A stretch of 64,000 nt of DNA, from IMG/VR virus record IMGVR_UViG_3300037423_000584; one strand, written 5' to 3'. The notes beneath the pieces were generated by a model that was given only the letters and a program-made list of their open reading frames with translations, did not search any database and was not told the origin of the DNA. A program made the position numbers and the translations under genes. Below are positions 29,999 to 39,918 of the stretch, one piece after another (positions within the stretch are counted from its first letter, which is position 1; the number at the start of each line of letters is the position of its first letter). Origin of the DNA: a virus.

Positions 29999-32331
29999 TA
30001 TATTCTCCTCAAGCGTACTTTAATAATAACATCATCACTAGCAGTAAAGCCAGAATCAGCGGCAAATAATAAAAACTGATCAGTGGACAAAGTAACTGAC
30101 TGCCAATCACAGTTTGCTGAATTAACTTGAGCTGATGTTAACGATGGCTTTGTGCCAGTAGCCGTCATATCAATAAATGTAACTAGATCAGTTGACTTAT
30201 AAGCAGAGAAATTACCAGTCGTTTGTGCTGTTTTAGATGATATTTGCCATGATACCACCTGACAATCAATATCGATTGGAATCTGAACTTGTTTTACACC
30301 AGCAGATACTGTTACTCCCGCTGGAATAACTAATGCTCGTTCAAAATCAAGATTTGGAGCCGTTATTTTTCCGATACAAGCAAATGTACCAGCAAGAGTT
30401 CCATTGCCTGATTTATCTACAGTAAATTTTGATGTATGCGTTCCACCACCAGCCGGACTTCCACCGTTGTCTCCATTTGATTGACTGTGTGTACCAAGAT
30501 TAATAAGATACTGTGTACCAGTGGTAGTATTATCTGCATCATAGAATGCACTGACATAAATAATTGAGTTTGTTTGCGTGCCGGTTTGCTGGATATTTGG
30601 AAGAATCGAAAAGACAACAGGAGCAGATGTTCTAACAGATGTAGTTGTATTACTGACAACCACATTCGCCCGATTGGTCATATTACCGGTCGTCAATACG
30701 ATGCCTCGATCGGACCCGGTCGAGAGGTAGTTATTACATGTGATCGAGTTGTTGGCGTTGACTGAGAGGACCGAGGAGAAGTCGTTCTTAGTGAACGTTA
30801 AACCGCCAGCCGTCGAGACCCCACCGGGAACGGATAGTGCCGAATTGTTAAGCGTGAACGTATTGATGTTGCTATTGAACGAGAGGATCGTGGTCCCGGC
30901 GTACGTCATGAGCCACGAGCCACGAGCCAGCGAGTCCACCGTGCCGAATGCCGGTTGAACCTGAACCGTCAGGTCGCAGGAAACGTCCGACCCGGCCCCA
31001 GTGGTGTTACGGCCGTTGCCGTGCAGACGCAGGAGTGGGCTGTACTGCACGCTCCCGGTCGTCGTGTTAGTCAGCAGCAGACCATCTGTACTGGTCGTAC
31101 CTATGCCACTCTTAGTAATAGTAGGAGTGCCACTTACTGCTGATACAGAAAAACCACCGCTAGTCATTCCCCCGCTAGCCGTGAAAGTGCCAGCAACAGT
31201 AGCATCACCCGTTGCATTAACAATGAAAGTCCCGTCCGTATTTCTGAGGGTATCTGCTTTTACCGTCGTTACGGTTACGGTCCCTCCGGTAATTGTTACA
31301 TTGCTAGCATTCTGAGATGCCATAGTTCCAGCATCAGTAATATTTGATAATGTATGAGTATGCCCTACTATGCTTACTGTTGTGCCGCCCAAAGTAAGCG
31401 TTGTAAACGCACCAGATCCACCTGTTATACTAACAGAATTAGAATTCTGTGAAGCTATAGTTCCAAGAGTAGAAATTCCATTTCTAAATGTATTATATGT
31501 AGTCGTATCTACTTTAAGACCAAGAGCAGTATCAACTTCTGTTGTTGTATAAGCTCCTACTTGTGCAGCAGTAGTTCCATGTGGATTAGTAATATCAGCT
31601 TCGTGTGCAGCTAAATCACTAGCTGTTGCAAAATCTCCAATATCATGAGTTGCAATTGTTCCAAGACCAAGATTAGTTCTGGCGATAGAAATATCTATTA
31701 AATCAGAAAGATTAGAAGATTTCGAAAGTTTTCCTGCTACAGTTGTTGTCAATGCGGTAACAACAGATTCATCATTTGCAAGTTGTGTGGCGATTTCGCC
31801 AAGAGTATCTAAAGTATCAGGAGCAGAGTTTATAAGAGCAGATATTTCAGTACGAACAAAAGCGGTTGTTGCAATTTGTGTTGTATTTGTTCCAGCAGTA
31901 GCAGTTGGAGCAGTTGGAATATTAATAAAATCAGGAGAATCTAGAGATGCTTTTGTTGCTAATGCAGAACTTAATCCAGTAATATCAGACTGTGCATGAC
32001 TATGTATTGCTGTAGCAAATGCAGAAGATGGCTGTATCGAAGCGGTTCCAAGTCCAAGATTTATACGAGCAGTAGATGCATCTGTAATATCTGAAAGATT
32101 TGCAGATTTATCTAACTTGCTATTGATAGAAGTATCTAAACCAGAAATATCAGATGTTGTTAAAACAACTGTTGGTCCTGTTTGACCATTGATAGAAGTT
32201 ATTCCACCAGTCTGTTCTATAAGTTTAAATTTGTCAGTATTAGAATCATATGAAATAACATAACCATCTGTTAAACTTCCTGCGAAGTCTAGCATTTGTC
32301 GTATTTTTTTAATTACTCTTATAGCAGCCAT
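29998..32331 (-). CDS. Fibre protein
   Basis: Fibre motifs PTAPTATAGTNTTQIATTAFV, APDTLDTLGEIA, NLSDL..ARTNLGLG, MASQNASNVTITGGTV. Confidence 0.8.
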   Translation of the reverse strand: MAAIRVIKKIRQMLDFAGSLTDGYVISYDSNTDKFKLIEQTGGITSINGQTGPTVVLTTSDISGLDTSINSKLDKSANLSDITDASTARINLGLGTASIQPSSAFATAIHSHAQSDITGLSSALATKASLDSPDFINIPTAPTATAGTNTTQIATTAFVRTEISALINSAPDTLDTLGEIATQLANDESVVTALTTTVAGKLSKSSNLSDLIDISIARTNLGLGTIATHDIGDFATASDLAAHEADITNPHGTTAAQVGAYTTTEVDTALGLKVDTTTYNTFRNGISTLGTIASQNSNSVSITGGSGAFTTLTLGGTTVSIVGHTHTLSNITDAGTMASQNASNVTITGGTVTVTTVKADTLRNTDGTFIVNATGDATVAGTFTASGGMTSGGFSVSAVSGTPTITKSGIGTTSTDGLLLTNTTTGSVQYSPLLRLHGNGRNTTGAGSDVSCDLTVQVQPAFGTVDSLARGSWLMTYAGTTILSFNSNINTFTLNNSALSVPGGVSTAGGLTFTKNDFSSVLSVNANNSITCNNYLSTGSDRGIVLTTGNMTNRANVVVSNTTTSVRTSAPVVFSILPNIQQTGTQTNSIIYVSAFYDADNTTTGTQYLINLGTHSQSNGDNGGSPAGGGTHTSKFTVDKSGNGTLAGTFACIGKITAPNLDFERALVIPAGVTVSAGVKQVQIPIDIDCQVVSWQISSKTAQTTGNFSAYKSTDLVTFIDMTATGTKPSLTSAQVNSANCDWQSVTLSTDQFLLFAADSGFTASDDVIIKVRLRRI

Positions 32332-32352
32332 TTTTATTTGTCCTATTTATAA

Positions 32353-34314
32353 TTATCCATAAATGGTGCCATTGTATACTAATCCATTTGACTTAGGAAT
32401 ATATTCACTTACTGGACCAATACTTGGATTATTTATATTCATATCTTTACCTTCGATGTCCCAATGTAGCGTACATCCAAAAGGACTTGGTGTTCCTGCT
32501 CTATACAGTTGATCATTATTCGTAGGAGAAGATTTAATATCTGGAATTCTTATTAATGATACTGCCGATAGATCACTAGAATATCCGGCACTTCCATATG
32601 TTTTTTGGAAATTTACATATGCATTTGATTTGTTATATAAAGATGAATTTGCATCGTTATCTATAACATGACTTGGTATATTTCCAGGCCAAGCTAGTGT
32701 TACTGGCTGAGTTACAGAAAATATATTATTAGCAGCAGACCAATTTCCTACGGCAGCTTTATTAAAATTACCCTCGATTCTAGCAGAATATCCATTCATA
32801 GTAAAATGAATATGATTGTGCAATAACATTACTTTTTCACCGCCGTTGGCGGCTGCTAATAAATATACGTCACCATTTGCAGAACTTCCATCAATACTAA
32901 TAATGTTGCCTATTACATAGGCGTATGCAGTATGCCCTATGTTGGAAATAGCTGATCCATTAGTTCGATCAGTTACTTTTAAATCATATCTATTAAACGC
33001 TGCAATTTGATTCTTTTGACCAAATGGAAGAGAGGTTGTACTAGAAGTTGGAAACGCACTAGAGATGAACTGATTCCCTACAACAAATGTTCTACAAGAC
33101 TCAATTCTCTCTTTATGGGTGCTACCACTTATAGTAGATGTATTTTCATACAAGTTACCATACGCACATCCATATATTCCCGCATCTAAAGTCGTATTTT
33201 TATACGACACTACTAATCCTAAATCATTCCCATTACTGTGTCCATAGAAATCATATCCTGAAGACACCCAACTATCACCTACTGGTAATGCACCAAATCT
33301 AGCTGTATTTCTATGATACAAAGTTTCATGACCACCATTTCCTTGGAAAGATACATAAACAGTTTGGCCTGTGTTTATGGCAAGTCCGGCGTCACATTCT
33401 GCCACTGTAAACGTAGCTCCACTACCACTTCCTCCCGCCATACCTATCATGTGCCATGACCCGAAATACGCTTTACACCTATACACCACGCAAGCAGTAT
33501 CGGTGCCGGGTTCTATGTAAATAGGATACGGTGGCGATCCACCATAGTTTTGAATGATTGAGTATCCATCGACTCGTATATTTTCTATTCTACAACCAGT
33601 GGCACCATTCACATGAATGCCAGCTATTAAAGTAGTATCCGCTGGTCTAGCATCACATGCTTCATATGCAGTTCCATTTGGATTAGCCTGCGTATTGATA
33701 TACAACCTACTAGTTCCAGAGTCCCAAAAAAATCCCGGCTTAGTTGCCGATCTCAGGTTAGCCAAAGTAGTATATCTATGGAAGATAACACATTTTGGGT
33801 GTCCATACATTGGCACCCACCCAGAATTCCTGACCCATCCGATAAAGGTTGTTTCTGATACATAATAAGTAGTTCCAGTGTCAAGCGTCCAAACCGTACT
33901 AGTTGGATACAGTTTGTAAAATCTAGAGATCACTGGATCGTTTACAGTGTAATTTTCAACAGAGATATTGGGATCACTCCAAGCACCAATGGTTACATTG
34001 TTCTTAGTTATCTCAAGATTTACATTATTTGATCCGTCGTACAGCCACGTATCTCCTCGTCTAAATAACAATGCAATATTTGCATTGGACGGTGCAGCAT
34101 TTAAAATAGTCTGTGCAGCAGAAAGAGTTTTCTTTGGAGAACCGGTACTTAATCCATTATTTGCATCATTTCCATTTTGTGCAAAATAATAAGTTGTACC
34201 TCTAGCAGATGGACATTCTGATAAACGATAATTAAGTAATTTATTGTGCCAATCTAACCAAGATTTGCTCAATATAGATGGAGGATTTCCTACTACAGAC
34301 GAATATGATGCCAT
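32353..34314 (-). CDS. Right-handed beta-helix (pectin lyase-like) protein, possible depolymerase
   Basis: YYFAQNGNDANNGLSTGSPKKTL...LLFRRGDTW N-terminus; GNIIS/HNHI/NNIF rungs. Confidence 0.65.
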   Translation of the reverse strand: MASYSSVVGNPPSILSKSWLDWHNKLLNYRLSECPSARGTTYYFAQNGNDANNGLSTGSPKKTLSAAQTILNAAPSNANIALLFRRGDTWLYDGSNNVNLEITKNNVTIGAWSDPNISVENYTVNDPVISRFYKLYPTSTVWTLDTGTTYYVSETTFIGWVRNSGWVPMYGHPKCVIFHRYTTLANLRSATKPGFFWDSGTSRLYINTQANPNGTAYEACDARPADTTLIAGIHVNGATGCRIENIRVDGYSIIQNYGGSPPYPIYIEPGTDTACVVYRCKAYFGSWHMIGMAGGSGSGATFTVAECDAGLAINTGQTVYVSFQGNGGHETLYHRNTARFGALPVGDSWVSSGYDFYGHSNGNDLGLVVSYKNTTLDAGIYGCAYGNLYENTSTISGSTHKERIESCRTFVVGNQFISSAFPTSSTTSLPFGQKNQIAAFNRYDLKVTDRTNGSAISNIGHTAYAYVIGNIISIDGSSANGDVYLLAAANGGEKVMLLHNHIHFTMNGYSARIEGNFNKAAVGNWSAANNIFSVTQPVTLAWPGNIPSHVIDNDANSSLYNKSNAYVNFQKTYGSAGYSSDLSAVSLIRIPDIKSSPTNNDQLYRAGTPSPFGCTLHWDIEGKDMNINNPSIGPVSEYIPKSNGLVYNGTIYG

Positions 34315-34342
34315 ATTATACCTTCTTAATTATTTAATTATA

Positions 34343-34636
34343 TTAAAGAATAGTCTTTTCTACTACTCCCCAATCGGCTGTAGCAGTTCCAGAATCGCCC
34401 TTGGCAAATACTCTGGTGATTCCATTATAATTCAATTGAAATATCTGTGATCCACCTGGATATATTGGAAAATATTCATTTAAAGAATGAAGACCTGATA
34501 TATTTACCAAAAGTGTAACAGAACTAGATGGATTACAAGCAACCATTATTTTTGTACACTTTCCTCCGTCTGTAGATGAATCAAATATATATGTTCCGCT
34601 TGAAGAAATTGTTTGATTATATCCAGCAGTTGCCAT
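34343..34636 (-). CDS. Small virion protein
   Basis: 97 aa beta-rich; first gene after the capsid terminator; own TGTATA motif. Confidence 0.5.
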   Translation of the reverse strand: MATAGYNQTISSSGTYIFDSSTDGGKCTKIMVACNPSSSVTLLVNISGLHSLNEYFPIYPGGSQIFQLNYNGITRVFAKGDSGTATADWGVVEKTIL

Positions 34637-34711
34637 TTTATACCTTTCCTAAATATTATTGTATTAGATATAATAGTATACAATCTATATATATTATAAC
34701 TATGGTTTACT

Positions 34712-34745
34712 AAATAAAAAATCCCATACATAGTGTATGGGATTT
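34712..34745 (-). terminator. Intrinsic terminator after major capsid gene
   Basis: AAATCCCATAC...GTATGGGATTT followed by a T-run on the minus strand. Confidence 0.75.
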
Positions 34746-34776
34746 AATATTTTTTAATTTATTATTTACTAATAAA

Positions 34777-35799
34777 TTATAGAGAACCAAGGAGTAGACG
34801 GCTGTTATTGAGACATGCGAAACCTGCACTCATCCAAGCATAGTAGCTGGAACGACGATCACGATGTACGGTTTCATCTTCGAAAACAGCAAGCTTCTCA
34901 CGAACAGGCATTACGAAAGCATCTTGCTTAGAAAGATCAAGACCGACAACAAGCTCAACGTCACCAGATGCCATACCGTTGTTTGCAGCACCAGCGGCGA
35001 TCACATTTTGGTAGTAATCTTGATACTCTTGACCTTCGCCAAGTTCATCGAGATCAACAAGGTTGATACCATAAATGTTATTGATCTTGCCATCTTCTGC
35101 GGTATAGATTTCACGCCGGGTTAGATTATCAACCTGATCAATACCCCAGTTACGGATATCTTCCATAGCTTCTGGAGAGATGAAAAGGTGAGTAAGCTTA
35201 CCACGATTGATGCTAGTGCTGTTACCACCAGAGTTACGCCGCATAACAAGTTTCATTAGAGAAACAAGACGCTTAGTAAACTGACCAGCGGTTGCATTAG
35301 AGTCGCTGACAACGATATTGCGATCATAACCAGCAGCAAGTAGTGTATGCCAACCATCGTCATTAAGCTTCTTAACGAAGCCAGCCTCAAGAACTTCAAG
35401 AGCACGGGAGACGATATTCCACCGAGCCTCGCGAGCATAACGGAGCAAGAAGTCAATACCAGCACCGATGTCGTAAGTGGGAACGGTTACATAATCGCCT
35501 TCAACGAGCCGTTGAGGAATCTTACCCTGATTTGGGATGGTGTATGCAACGAACTCACCAGCGTTATCAGGACGATAGAAATCGATAGGATACTCAATAC
35601 GAGCGGCTGGATCAAACTCTTCGGGAGCGAAAATGCCAGTAATTATATTACCGGTAAGTACACCTTGACGAAGTGGAGTTTGAAGTGCTGCGGCAAAAAG
35701 CTTCTGAGCAGCAATTGCCTCATCCTTATTAGCAGAACCAGTCTGCTTAAGTAGATTTGTAATATCGGCCTTTTCATTTTCTTTAAGATCTTCGAACAT
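34777..35799 (-). CDS. Major capsid protein (HK97 fold)
   Basis: 340 aa; AAGGAG RBS; follows protease and decoration genes; strongly biased codon use; terminator downstream. Confidence 0.8.
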   Translation of the reverse strand: MFEDLKENEKADITNLLKQTGSANKDEAIAAQKLFAAALQTPLRQGVLTGNIITGIFAPEEFDPAARIEYPIDFYRPDNAGEFVAYTIPNQGKIPQRLVEGDYVTVPTYDIGAGIDFLLRYAREARWNIVSRALEVLEAGFVKKLNDDGWHTLLAAGYDRNIVVSDSNATAGQFTKRLVSLMKLVMRRNSGGNSTSINRGKLTHLFISPEAMEDIRNWGIDQVDNLTRREIYTAEDGKINNIYGINLVDLDELGEGQEYQDYYQNVIAAGAANNGMASGDVELVVGLDLSKQDAFVMPVREKLAVFEDETVHRDRRSSYYAWMSAGFACLNNSRLLLGSL

Positions 35800-35852
35800 A
35801 ATCGTCTCCTTAAATTATTTGTTATTTAATAATTATAAACTATCTCAATTTA

Positions 35853-36320
35853 TTACAGATCAACGTATAGACGGGCAAAGCCATTCTGATCTTTCTTAGA
35901 ACGGAAACGACCAACCTTGGGATTAGCAGCTTCGTTCCAAGCAGCACCAGGAGCAACGGCGGCAACAGTTCCGCTAGAGCTTAGGATTGCATGATCTTGT
36001 GCATTTGGGGTTCCGGTAATCTTATCGGTAACAACCCAACCCTTGGTCATAAGAGTAACCTTAGAACCAACGTTTACCTGATCTTTGTGCCAGTTAACAG
36101 GGAACCGGGTAAGATCTACGTTGACAACTTCATTAAGAAGAAGTCCAACGGGCTTGTTACCAGAAGAGTTTGCAGCAATGGTTACTAGGTTTGCAGAGTT
36201 ATCAAGAGAAACTCCGCTACCAGCAGTGCTAACAGAAGCAATTACGCCCTTGGAAGCAGTCTCATTGATGTAATAACCAATTTCTGTTGATTCAACTTGT
36301 CTATCAGCTTTGATTGCCAT
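35853..36320 (-). CDS. Capsid decoration / cement protein
   Basis: 155 aa between protease and MCP; PVGLLLNEV...GSKVTLMTKGWVVTD. Confidence 0.6.
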   Translation of the reverse strand: MAIKADRQVESTEIGYYINETASKGVIASVSTAGSGVSLDNSANLVTIAANSSGNKPVGLLLNEVVNVDLTRFPVNWHKDQVNVGSKVTLMTKGWVVTDKITGTPNAQDHAILSSSGTVAAVAPGAAWNEAANPKVGRFRSKKDQNGFARLYVDL

Positions 36321-36373
36321 TTGTATCTCCTTATAAATTCTATCATTAATTATATACAGATAATTTTATTTAT

Positions 36374-37849
36374 TTACTTTTTTCTTTTTGGAAGATTTAT
36401 TTTTTGATTACGATTGGCTCGAATTGTCTCTACGAGTTTAGCAGCAACAGTTTCGAGTTCTGCACCCTTGTTGGCATTTTCTCCTGCTGTATTCTCTGGG
36501 GATGCGATATTGTCAGATGCAGATGTATTTTCGAGAACCTTGGTGGCCTCCTCGGTTGACTCTTCTTTGGTGACTTGACCAGAAGGAGCAACAGAAGTTG
36601 CAAATTCAAGGACAGAAGCAAATGCTTCATCGCTCATGGCAAGAAGCTTAGTCTTCTTCTCGTCATTAAGTTCAATTTTGAGAGAAACGATCTTCTCTAG
36701 ACGAGCAGCATCTTTCTTCTCTTTCTCAAAAGCCTTGATAGCTTCATCCTTCTGTGCAAGAGAAGCCTCAATGGTCTTTACCTTCTCTTCGGAAGCGGCA
36801 AGTTGAGTTTGGAGTTCAGAAATCTTCTGTTCGGCAATCTGAGTCTTGGTTTCAGAAGCAGTGAGTCTGCTGGTAAGATCAGAATTAGAAGCGGTAAGAG
36901 TTTCTATTTTCTTATTAGACTCTTCTTGAGCAGCACTTGCTTTAAGACCTTCGATCTCAGACTTGAGAGAATCGATAACCGAATTTGCTTGTTCTAGTGT
37001 TTCAATTTTCATGACTGTTCCTTTAATAATATGTGAATAAACTTTTCTATCTGTACTATCTTCAAAATTTGCTTGTGATACTTCAATCTTATTTAGTTTG
37101 GTATATTCGCTTCCGGGATTTGCTGGAACATCTACGCTACCCATTCCAGTAAATCTAAATTTGCTCAAGGCCCGTCCGACTTTGTAATTATTGTATTTAC
37201 CAGATCCACCATATACTCTTAAATGTTTGGTTAAAAATGCTGTCTTTTCGTTTCTAGCAATTATCTTAACATCATTATTTACATCAACTAGAGCATAATC
37301 AAAGTTTTCTAATTTTGCTTCTACTGATACAAACTTTTGATTCTTTGGTGCTTTTTCTAGTATTTCAGATGCGATCTCGGGGAAAATGCTCTTATACATT
37401 ACGAAGTCAACTTCTACATCAAAGTATTCAGGATAAGTCCCGTCTGTATAAGCGTCTTCATCAATTATACTAGAATTTGAATCAAGTAGTCGATATCCAA
37501 TAATATGACCAATTATATTTGTTTCGATATGGTCATCATTATATGGATTATTTACTATTGTTCCCCGTGCGTCCCAAGTTGGCTTGGCTAGGAAAAGATC
37601 ATCATTTCTATTCATTAAAGTTGACATTAAGATAGCAGATCCATACATTAGATCAGGATGGCTATCATTGACAACTTGAGCAAGGACTTTGCCTATGTTG
37701 GCTTTGTCTTCTTGCTTCTTTAATTTCTCTAAACTATTTATAAGTAGATCTGATTTATCTTCGGTTATATTTATTGGTAGACAAACGCTTGCTGTTAAGT
37801 TAGCAAGTATTTTATCTTTAAGATCTTGTTCTTGTGAATAAATTTGCAT
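36374..37849 (-). CDS. Prohead protease fused to scaffold coiled coil
   Basis: NRNDDLF...NDDH...IIGHI...VSVE...FTGMGSVDVPANP, then a long acidic coiled coil. Confidence 0.75.
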   Translation of the reverse strand: MQIYSQEQDLKDKILANLTASVCLPINITEDKSDLLINSLEKLKKQEDKANIGKVLAQVVNDSHPDLMYGSAILMSTLMNRNDDLFLAKPTWDARGTIVNNPYNDDHIETNIIGHIIGYRLLDSNSSIIDEDAYTDGTYPEYFDVEVDFVMYKSIFPEIASEILEKAPKNQKFVSVEAKLENFDYALVDVNNDVKIIARNEKTAFLTKHLRVYGGSGKYNNYKVGRALSKFRFTGMGSVDVPANPGSEYTKLNKIEVSQANFEDSTDRKVYSHIIKGTVMKIETLEQANSVIDSLKSEIEGLKASAAQEESNKKIETLTASNSDLTSRLTASETKTQIAEQKISELQTQLAASEEKVKTIEASLAQKDEAIKAFEKEKKDAARLEKIVSLKIELNDEKKTKLLAMSDEAFASVLEFATSVAPSGQVTKEESTEEATKVLENTSASDNIASPENTAGENANKGAELETVAAKLVETIRANRNQKINLPKRKK

Positions 37850-37918
37850 ATTTTTACCGAAGCTAGTATTTTATACATTAAAAAAACAAAATAAATTAAA
37901 TATTTTTAATTCATCGTG

Positions 37919-39865
37919 TTAAGAATAGTATTCAGACCAGCATAGTGCTTCTATTCTTTTACGTTGTGCCAAAGTTGGCATCTGACCATTTTTAGAAGCA
38001 AAAGCCTTAATTTCATCATCGATTTTATTAACTATTTCTTGATTTAAAGAGGAAGCATTTTCAGATATGGACAATATTCCATCTTCTGAAATATCATCTC
38101 CATACTTAACGCAAGATAAGACAATAGATCTTATTTTGTTAATTTCGTCTTTTTGTGATGCAGTAAGCTTTCTTGCATTTTGAATATTTTCTTGTTCCAT
38201 ATATAATGGAATTACATATTCATCAATAGAATCAACCGCATCCAATGCAAATAAATTAAGTTCTTTTCCAGAAACCTTTGGTTTTGGAGTTCTTTGATCT
38301 CTACCAACGTCCTTCGTAGCAACAGGACGACCCTCGCCGGCTTGTCCTTGTGAGGAATCAAAAGGACTCTTTACTTCTATTCCGGCTTTCTTGAAAATTG
38401 GACCCTGTTGTTTAATCTTTTCAATTTCGATAAAGAAGTCTTCTCCATAGGCTTCCAGAACGGCTTCTGCACTGATAATACCTCTATCGAGAAGTCCAAT
38501 GATGAGTTTCTTATTGACGTTTTCGTCTTGGAGTTCTAACTTGCTAAACTTAACCTTTGGCAAAGAAGGAAAATCCATTGCCTTACAAATTAGTCTAAGT
38601 TCTTCATCAAGCCATTCAGAAAGCTTCTTTCGGACAGATTGAAGTTTTTCAATCAAAGTTTTTAACTGAATAGAGCTATTGGAGAAATTAGCACCATCGC
38701 CACCAATTAGAACTTCTGGCACTCCAAGGCCAATAAGAATATCTCTATTTACTTGAACATATTTTTCAGAACCAAGAATCTTATCTACAGGAGGATAGAA
38801 TGGTTCCATGGAAATCATGGAATCCCAAACAATATCCATTGCACCGCCACCTGTATTAGCTTCAAGGATATTAATAAGCTTTTCTACAGCAGCATCGTCT
38901 GGCAAAATTCCTTCTTTGTGGTCGCCAATCTTCCAAAGTCTTATAACGTTGATAACTCCATCAAGTGCAGATATTTCTGCTTGACGAAGCTTTTCTCTGA
39001 AATTAATATCGGATAAAACAGAAACCAAGAAAGGAGGTGCCCAATCATCCCAACTATCCTTTTTATTATGAGCAACATAAATTTTGCTCATATCGAGAAA
39101 CATCTTTCCTGAACTGTCAGAAGCGATTTTCTCTCTAATATCTTGTGGAAGACTATCTACTATTTTCTTATCAAAATCTTCTGTTGGATTCTTTATTTTG
39201 TTTATTAAAGTTTGGGATAGATTGAATGACAAGATCTTTTGTCCTGCCATTTTAGCTAGTTCCCCTCCAACCCAATCAAGAGCACAAAGGTTAAGAAATG
39301 AATAACGCATAGGAATCTCTCTAGATTCTACGTCATCATTTTCTTTATATACCTTTATATCTACTGAACTTGTAACTTTATCAAGCCATTGGTTTTCAAC
39401 TGGTTTATTTAATTTCCCAGTTATTCTCTTGACAACAACATTTCCATCAATTAAAAAGTGACGAGCAAATTCATTAGCAATATCATTAAGACAAACCTTC
39501 TTGGCCCAGACATTGAAAAATGCCTCGATCTTCCGATCAGGATGGACAATACGCATCTCTTCGCAGGCGAAGTCAGTCATCATATCCATGACGTTTCTTA
39601 CTACACCAACTTTGAGATAGGCATGTCTACAAGCATTAACTATGTGCTTGAATTGACGTGGAATTCTTTCATTTGGTCTAAAATAGTCGTAAGTCTCTCT
39701 GCTATAAGGCATTCTGACACTTACATCAGGAACAATCTCAGTAAGAGAAGTAGAGGCTTTAACTATAGGATCTTGTTTGTCAAAAGTGCCAGTATAAGAT
39801 GCCAATATCTTTTCTCTATTGGTATCATCAAAAGAAATATATGCTGGTTTATTAGGTTTGCTCAT
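37919..39865 (-). CDS. Portal protein
   Basis: 648 aa after TerL; VVRNVMDMMTDFA...FLIDGNV...ILIGLGVPEVLIGG. Confidence 0.85.
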   Translation of the reverse strand: MSKPNKPAYISFDDTNREKILASYTGTFDKQDPIVKASTSLTEIVPDVSVRMPYSRETYDYFRPNERIPRQFKHIVNACRHAYLKVGVVRNVMDMMTDFACEEMRIVHPDRKIEAFFNVWAKKVCLNDIANEFARHFLIDGNVVVKRITGKLNKPVENQWLDKVTSSVDIKVYKENDDVESREIPMRYSFLNLCALDWVGGELAKMAGQKILSFNLSQTLINKIKNPTEDFDKKIVDSLPQDIREKIASDSSGKMFLDMSKIYVAHNKKDSWDDWAPPFLVSVLSDINFREKLRQAEISALDGVINVIRLWKIGDHKEGILPDDAAVEKLINILEANTGGGAMDIVWDSMISMEPFYPPVDKILGSEKYVQVNRDILIGLGVPEVLIGGDGANFSNSSIQLKTLIEKLQSVRKKLSEWLDEELRLICKAMDFPSLPKVKFSKLELQDENVNKKLIIGLLDRGIISAEAVLEAYGEDFFIEIEKIKQQGPIFKKAGIEVKSPFDSSQGQAGEGRPVATKDVGRDQRTPKPKVSGKELNLFALDAVDSIDEYVIPLYMEQENIQNARKLTASQKDEINKIRSIVLSCVKYGDDISEDGILSISENASSLNQEIVNKIDDEIKAFASKNGQMPTLAQRKRIEALCWSEYYS

Positions 39866-39918
39866 AGTTAATCTAATTGTAATTAAATAGTAATCTGACT
39901 AGAATACTATACAATCAC

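Noticed and set aside
27209-32331. Possible diversity-generating retroelement target in the fibre genes
   Set aside because: No reverse transcriptase and no template/variable repeat pair seen in this window
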